64,000 nucleotides of DNA from a virus: positions 1-64,000 of IMG/VR virus record IMGVR_UViG_3300025000_002059; one strand, 5' to 3'. Every line of letters begins with the position of its first letter. Positions within the stretch are counted from its first letter, which is position 1. Shown here piece by piece: positions 57,990 through 64,000 of this stretch. The notes beneath the pieces were generated by a model that saw nothing but the letters and a program-made list of their open reading frames with translations, had not been told where the DNA came from and searched no databases. Made by a program: the position numbers and the translations under genes.

Positions 57990-58525
57990 ATCCATAAATC
58001 CATATAAGAATATATCGATACATCCATAAAGGAATATTTGCTGAAGATTCTATTTAATAGACAGAATGAAAGAATTGGATTTTGTTTATAAGTTTAGGAT
58101 TTTATGTAAATATTCCATTTTTTAGTGATTGCGTATCGATATCCATATATCAATATATCCATATATCCATACGGAGCATAATTATCGTAAGAATCAATTC
58201 CTGATCGCGACGAGTAGCCTAACATTTTCTGTCAAATTGTCTAAGAGTGTATTCCTATCCATATATCAATACATCCATATATCAATACAAGAGGGACTTA
58301 TGGACCAAATATGTAATTTAATGGATTCTTTCAAATTGTAGGCAAACAGAATATTCTCAAATCTATACATCAATAAATCCATATTTCCATAAATCAATAT
58401 ATCGATAAATCAATACAGACCATTTTCGTGAGATCACGAAAATGATAAAAATATAACCATATAAGTTATAAACGGCAATTATAACTCATACGGTTATATT
58501 TTCGATTTTATGGATATTTATGGAA
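57963..58525. repeat. Clusters of tandem 8-bp repeats (TA[A/T/C]ATC[C/G/A]A), candidate parS centromere
   Basis: e.g. TATCGATATCCATATATCAATATATCCATATATCCATA at about 58133-58170; similar at 57970-58030, 58255-58290 and 58362-58415. Confidence 0.55.
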
Positions 58526-58709
58526 ATTATCAGGGGTAATAATTAGAACATCGCTGGCAGACTTCCTCATCAAAATTTTCCCGGTAACAGAATTTATCTT
58601 GGTTATATCGACAAACGAGAAAAAATTCTTTTCCAGTTAAGCAGAGTGGGGATCCGCAGCCAAGCGGAAAATCATCGCACCCATCGCACATTTCATTTTC
58701 ACATCCCTA

Positions 58710-58718
58710 TGCTATAAT
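58710..58718 (+). promoter_or_regulatory. Extended -10 promoter for array block 5
   Basis: TGCTATAAT 20 nt upstream of the first repeat. Confidence 0.6.
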
Positions 58719-59403
58719 AATTACATAGGACAAGTATAAGCCATGAACTGCGATTAAATCAATTATTGTAAGCGAGCCAAGAATAGAGATTTTACAGAAT
58801 TTTGAGCGAGTCAACTAGGTAGATTTTTTCAAATGTCCAAAGCGAACCAAAGCGCTTGAGAGCGCCAAAATTGGCAAGTGAACCATCAGTAGCAATAGTG
58901 CCAAACTATCAGAGTGAGCCAAAGTATTTGAGTTAAAATCATAAAAAGGTAAGTGAGTCATCGAACCAGATTATAAACATTGAAGAATAGCGAACCATTT
59001 TTGATTAAGAGAGTGAGTCAAAGTTTCCGATCGTACCTAAGTAAGGGAGCGAGTCCAAAGGTTTTTCAGTGTACCAGAAAGAGGGAGCGAGTCATACCAA
59101 ACAGAAAAAAGAACGAACCACGAACATAGACTTATTCATTTTACGAGAGTGAGCTAATAATGCCGATAGCAACAAAAACAGTGAACGAGCCAAGAATACT
59201 GAGAGTACCATATTTCGAGAGCGAGCCAGTAAGATGGGTATTTCCAAAAAAGAGAAGCGAGCCAAGAACTCTGATATCCCAGACCAAGCAAGCGAGTCAA
59301 GGTTTCCGACCATACCCAAACGTAAGGGATCGAGTCAAGGTTTCCGAGTGCACCGAAATTAGGGATCGAGACATGATAGCTGATTTAATCGTAAATAATG
59401 ATC

Positions 59404-59436
59404 GTTTCAATCCACGCACCAGAAATGAGGTGCGAC
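59404..59436 (-). CRISPR. Solitary type I-C-like CRISPR repeat (not an array)
   Basis: Minus strand GTCGCACCTCATTTCTGGTGCGTGGATTGAAAC; stem CGCACC/GGTGCG; ATTGAAAC end. Confidence 0.75.
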
Positions 59437-59839
59437 AATAAATATAAGTGAGCCAGCTGCATTGAGATTACCAATGTAGAGAAGCGAACCAACGAATGTG
59501 ATTAGTTTACAATTGAAGAGTGAACCACACGATAAGATGTCACCGTATGTTTGGAGTGAGCCAAAGAATTAAAAAAACATTATATGCAAGCGAACCAAAA
59601 ACCTTAGACAATATCAAACCCCAAGAGTGAGTCAAGCTTTCCGAGAGGTCCAGAACGGATGAACGAATCATGTTTCGTGAGAGCACCAGAAACATGGAGT
59701 GAGCCAAGAACACTGAGATACCAATTGCGAGAGAGCGAGCCAATAACTACGATCGATCACTGAAAAGAAGCGAACCAGTGTTGCTGGATTTGAGCAAAGT
59801 CTCTGAGTGAGTCATGGAGACAGGATAAGATCCAAATAT

Positions 59840-59874
59840 GTCATGACTTTCTATTAGTCGTGTGGGATTGAAAC
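59840..59874 (+). CRISPR. Solitary CRISPR-like repeat (not an array)
   Basis: GTCATGACTTTCTATTAGTCGTGTGGGATTGAAAC; stem CATGACT/AGTCGTG; ATTGAAAC end. Confidence 0.65.
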
Positions 59875-61283
59875 ATAGCTGCTAAACGAGCCAAAATATA
59901 GAATAGCAACATTAATAGTGGAGCGAACCATGGCGAATGATAATGACAATTTCCATTGAGTGAACCATTAGGAATGAGAGAACCAGTTAAATGAGTGAAC
60001 CATGTATCGTGAAAAATTTCAAGCGTTACGAGTGAGCCAACAGAGTTAATCATTACAATTGTTCAGAGCGAATCATTAAACTTGATTGTATCAGAGGTTA
60101 GAAGTGAATCAATGGGACGGAGAGTACCACAAACCATTAGTGAGCCATTCAATCGGAGAGCACCGTAAAGAACGAATCATAAGCGGCGAAAGAATCAGAA
60201 CCTCGAAGTGAACCATGTATTGTGATATTTCATAATCTGTGAAGTGAGCCATCATTAGGGATTGTTTCAATTATTAGGAGTGAACCACTTTTTGTGAGAA
60301 ACACAGCGATATAAGGGTGAGCCAAGAACACCGACAGTCAACAAAGCCACAAAGCGAACCAATGTTGGAGAGAGCACCGTGCCATTCGAGTGAACCGATG
60401 TCGCACCATTTTTAAACAGAGCGAGCCAATGACGATGGAGAGCACCATGATCACGGAGCGAACCACCATTAGGGATAGTAACATATTTTTGGAGTGAGCC
60501 GAGGATACTGACATTTAAACCAGATGGAAAGAGTGAGCCAAAGTATCCGAATACAACAACCTTCTAGAGCGAGTCACCCCACAAGAGCACACCCATGTCC
60601 GTTAAGCGATCCATCAAGGCATAGAGCACCATCAAGCATGAGTGAATCGACATTCGTGAGATACCCAATACTTGTGAGTGAGCCAGCATATCTGAATATT
60701 TCAATAGTCGTGAGTGAGCCACTGCCGCAAGATAATACCATGTCCATAGAGCGATCCACTACGCAAGATAGCACCACAACTGTAGAGTGAACCATCGGGG
60801 AGAATTAATCATCGGTTAGAAGTGAGTCATTAAACTTGATAGCACCATATCCGCAAATCGAGCCAATCATGCTGAATATTTCAATGAGCCAGAGTGATCC
60901 AATTATTTAGATCGAATCAATAAATCTGAGTGACCAAAAATGAACAAAGAAGTCTTACAATATGGCAACATATGTGATAATGTATGGATAAGCCAACGCT
61001 GCTGGCGAACTTGACTAGAGTACCAGATGCCAGCAAAACGAGTCGACAATGATGAGTGACCAACAATAATGAGCGTAAAAATTGAACAAAAAAATGACCT
61101 TCGCGGAGTTTGCACCTCCCGAAAGTCGTGGCTAAAGACCAAACTCTTTAGACTTGAAATTTAAATCTAAGGACGGAACCCTTAGACTTAAGTACTTAAT
61201 TTGGATTAAGTATAACAAAGGATACTCAACGAATCAAGGGGGACAAGGGTAGTATCATTTGTAATATTTTCAAATAAAAGTAA

Positions 61284-61320
61284 AGTCGGGTCAGTATCTT
61301 TAGCTGGCCCGGCTTTTTTT
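61284..61320 (+). terminator. Rho-independent terminator
   Basis: AGTCGGGTCAG...CTGGCCCGGCTTTTTTT. Confidence 0.65.
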
Positions 61321-61434
61321 GTTTCCCAAAAATTACAAGGTGAAAGAATTGGAGGGACAATAGTTTTCTATCTATCGAGCGTCCGTCAGATTGTATATAA
61401 TTTAGTTACTCACCTAAAAAATGGGGGGAGAGTC

Positions 61435-61683
61435 ATGGAGGTTTCAGTAAGAGCCAAAGAAATATATAAATTTATCGAAAATTTTAATGGCCACCCAATT
61501 TTTATAGACATCATGACCATCGATCTGGGAGATAGGGGGACGGTTAGGTTTGCATTGTGTGAATTAATAGATGTTGGATCCGTAAAACCTGTAAGGGCTA
61601 AAAATAAATTTGATAATATTTACCAAGTCGAGTATCACATTATCAATAACAATGATCCAACAAGTGAATCATTCTGGAAATAA
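61435..61683 (+). CDS. Hypothetical protein (possible winged HTH)
   Basis: Intact ORF with RBS and upstream TATAAT. Confidence 0.45.
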   Translation: MEVSVRAKEIYKFIENFNGHPIFIDIMTIDLGDRGTVRFALCELIDVGSVKPVRAKNKFDNIYQVEYHIINNNDPTSESFWK

Positions 61684-61701
61684 ATATGGGGAGGGGAATT
61701 T

Positions 61702-62043
61702 ATGATTAATGAATTGGAATTACTTTCAAAGAAAGAATTTTTAGAATTGGATATCGAAGATTTTAAATCATTATGGAGGGAACTAAAGGGTGAGATCTTG
61801 GATAAGAGGGACTTATATCAAAGATGCGATCCAGAGAAGTATGAAAGAGAATTGCATATTCTCCAATCCGTATTAAAGGCAATGGATCTAGCTGTGTCAG
61901 TTAAGATAACTGAAAGAAGAATAAAGGATAAAGTTTGCCAGTTTTGCAGAAATACAGAACTTGACACCAGAGGATATGGTACCTTGTGTACAAATTGTTT
62001 TAATGAGTATGAAGAGAGAATGGGCAGGAGGATTGTAAAATGA
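61702..62043 (+). CDS. Hypothetical protein with C-terminal zinc finger
   Basis: CQFC...LCTNC. Confidence 0.55.
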   Translation: MINELELLSKKEFLELDIEDFKSLWRELKGEILDKRDLYQRCDPEKYERELHILQSVLKAMDLAVSVKITERRIKDKVCQFCRNTELDTRGYGTLCTNCFNEYEERMGRRIVK

Positions 62044-62870
62044 ATGATGTCACTTCAACATTTCGACCAGCAGTATTTCCGGCAGACATAATGTATGACG
62101 AAAATCTTACCTCAAGTCAGAGACTAATACTGATTGTTTTATTCACTTACACGAACGCACATACTAATACAGCTTTTCCAAGTTATCAAACGATAGCCGA
62201 ACGGTCTGGATTTGAAAGGAGGACATGTATAAAATTAGTCGATGAATTAATAACTAAGGGATACATCGAAAAGCAAGAAAATTACACAAAAACAAAAGGT
62301 GGAAAACCTAATCAGACATCAAATTTATACACGCTACACTTTAAGGAGAGACAAGTAGGTAGTGATTTTAAATCACTAGGGGGTAGTGATTTAAAATCAC
62401 TAGGGGTAGTGAACGACGATCACCGGGGTAGTGATTTAAAATCACCCAAACTATCCATAGGAACTATCCATTGTGATCTTAATAATAATGATGAGGAAAA
62501 AATCGAAAACGAAGACTTTAAAAAATCGGTTCATCTCTGGGAAAATATCATGGGTAATGCAATTTCAGGAGTCGAAAATGATTATATCGACGAATGGATA
62601 TCACAATTTAATATGCCATTCGAAATGGTGAAGGAAGCAGTTGATCGCATGATTGCGTTGAATATAAGACCAAGGAATATCAGATATGTCGATTCAATAA
62701 CAAGAGGATGGCATAAGTCCGGGATCAAAACATTACAAGCGGCAAAAGAGGAAGTTCTTGATCGTGAAGCTAGTAAATTAAAAAAGAGACAAGGGAATAA
62801 GCCATTAAAACAGGGAGAGCAGAAGCCAGTAGAGCCATCTAGCTCAAAATACGATAAGTTTTACCTTTAA
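62040..62870 (+). CDS. Phage replication initiator (HTH plus DnaD/DnaB_2 domain)
   Basis: AFPSYQTIAE..G..R.T, SNLY, and C-terminal YVDSI..GW...GIKT. Confidence 0.88.
   Translation: MNDVTSTFRPAVFPADIMYDENLTSSQRLILIVLFTYTNAHTNTAFPSYQTIAERSGFERRTCIKLVDELITKGYIEKQENYTKTKGGKPNQTSNLYTLHFKERQVGSDFKSLGGSDLKSLGVVNDDHRGSDLKSPKLSIGTIHCDLNNNDEEKIENEDFKKSVHLWENIMGNAISGVENDYIDEWISQFNMPFEMVKEAVDRMIALNIRPRNIRYVDSITRGWHKSGIKTLQAAKEEVLDREASKLKKRQGNKPLKQGEQKPVEPSSSKYDKFYL
62358..62447. repeat. Palindromic iterons inside the initiator gene (lytic origin)
   Basis: GGTAGTGATTT(T/A)AAATCAC three times plus one degenerate copy. Confidence 0.8.
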
Positions 62871-62890
62871 ACGAAGGGCCGTGATTAGCA

Positions 62891-63661
62891 TTGACTAACG
62901 GTTTTGAACGAATCATTGAGAACTTAAGACTAAAGCATGAAGCATTTAAGGCAAGCAATACACAGCCCATGGAGCCGATAAACTACGAGTGCTCGATTTG
63001 TGAGGACCGGGAAATCGTTTTGATCGAGCAGGAAGATGGTTCAGTTTCAGCACGAAACTGTCAATGCAAAGCACAGAAGATCCAGCGACGAATGTTCAAA
63101 GCATCGGGACTGACCGAAGAACAAGCTTTGATGACGATAGATGACTATAACGTTTCACCAGATACCATGAAGATGTACCAGATGACGAAAAATTATTTAT
63201 GCGGACAATCATGGCGGGAAGGCAAAGGATTTGCACTGGTCGGAAGTGTGGGAGCAGGCAAGACGATGCTGGCACAGATCATCGCAAGCGAGATCATGCG
63301 CGACATGAAGACCGTGATCTTTATCCCAACGACAAGCCTGATGGCTGAACTTTTGGCAGCCCAATTTTCAAATGACAAATCAGAATTTGAGCAGCGTATA
63401 GACAAGTTAATCAAAGCTGATGTTGTTATTTTTGACGATATAGGAAAAGAGAAACCTACGGAATGGGTCCAGAATCAATATTTTAGAATCATCGACGGTC
63501 GCTACAACAACCGGAGAGCAACCGGATATACATCGAATTATGATTTTGATCGATTAGCAGATCGGTTTTCTGAATTTGGGGATGCGATCATATCCCGGAT
63601 CATAGCGATGACGCGAGATTATGTAGTCAATGTTAAGGCCAAGGATTACAGATTGAAATAA
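62891..63661 (+). CDS. dnaC: DnaC/IstB-like helicase loader ATPase
   Basis: CxxC..CxC zinc site, GSVGAGKT, IFDDIGKE and TSN...SRI. Confidence 0.9.
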   Translation: MTNGFERIIENLRLKHEAFKASNTQPMEPINYECSICEDREIVLIEQEDGSVSARNCQCKAQKIQRRMFKASGLTEEQALMTIDDYNVSPDTMKMYQMTKNYLCGQSWREGKGFALVGSVGAGKTMLAQIIASEIMRDMKTVIFIPTTSLMAELLAAQFSNDKSEFEQRIDKLIKADVVIFDDIGKEKPTEWVQNQYFRIIDGRYNNRRATGYTSNYDFDRLADRFSEFGDAIISRIIAMTRDYVVNVKAKDYRLK

Positions 63662-64000
63662 GGGAGCGGATCACATGTCAGAAATTGAACAAAAAAAAGC
63701 CAGCACACACTAATAATGTACTGACAAAGGGAAGAAAAACGACAGACCACGATACCATCAACAATATTCAGTCATATATGGGATTCCGCAATGCCATATA
63801 GACAAGCATAATGATACCAATAATTTGAAATTTTGTCCAACTAAAAATATTCCATTTGTAGTAATATAAAGGTAGGACAAAATAATAAATTCTAAGGGCA
63901 CATATTAACGGTACAAGCGTTCAGGATTAATGATTAGGGGGAAAGGTAATGAGGACATTCATTGAGAACAAAGAGCGGGCAGACATGGATATTATTGTCG

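Larger units (their letters stand above)
58739..60936 (+). ncRNA. TIGR-like array, block 5 (stand-alone, about 55-60 units by length)
   Basis: Example: AGCCA-agaatact-GAGAGTACCA-tatttcga-GAGCG|AGCCA; shares spacers with blocks 1-2. Confidence 0.85.

Noticed and set aside
59404-59874. Two-repeat mini CRISPR array
   Set aside because: The repeats differ in sequence, face opposite directions and are about 400 nt apart
59092-60795. ORFs 59092-59319, 59160-59441, 59540-59743, 59841-60053, 60524-60790 and 60574-60795
   Set aside because: These are translations of the 36-nt periodic array (recurrent SEP/GSL/LAR peptides)

Overview
This window is most or all of a temperate siphovirus genome of a spore-forming Firmicute, probably a phage-plasmid. 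It contains a head/tail module (about 1.9-29.1 kb) and a leftward cluster of small early genes driven by a repeated sigma-A promoter (29.2-37.5 kb). It also has a YefM/YoeB toxin-antitoxin pair, a DnaA-box replicon with ParA/ParG-type partition genes, a CI/Cro switch, YqaJ/RecT, and a DnaD-type initiator with a DnaC-like loader. The main signal is a TIGR-Tas-like RNA-guided system. A nuclease-less Nop/IS110-C-terminal-domain protein (43312-44367, TasA-like) is followed directly by dual-repeat arrays with a period of about 36 nt (edge repeat RAG[C/T]GA[G/A][C/T]CA, 8-9 nt spacer, loop repeat GA-N5-7-CA, 8-9 nt spacer). The arrays occur in six blocks, roughly 120 units by length, including a 2.2 kb block 14 kb away. 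They carry unexpected cargo: a ~285 nt structured RNA reproducing the L11-binding (GTPase-associated) domain of 23S rRNA with compensatory base changes, two solitary type I-C-like CRISPR repeats, and small ORFs. Other oddities are a nonulosonate CMP-transferase, a deacetylase and a sialyltransferase-like gene near the head genes, a prohead protease fused to a uracil-DNA-glycosylase-like domain, a GH25-Tal fusion and a SpoIIID homologue. All calls come from motif reading by eye; no database search was run.
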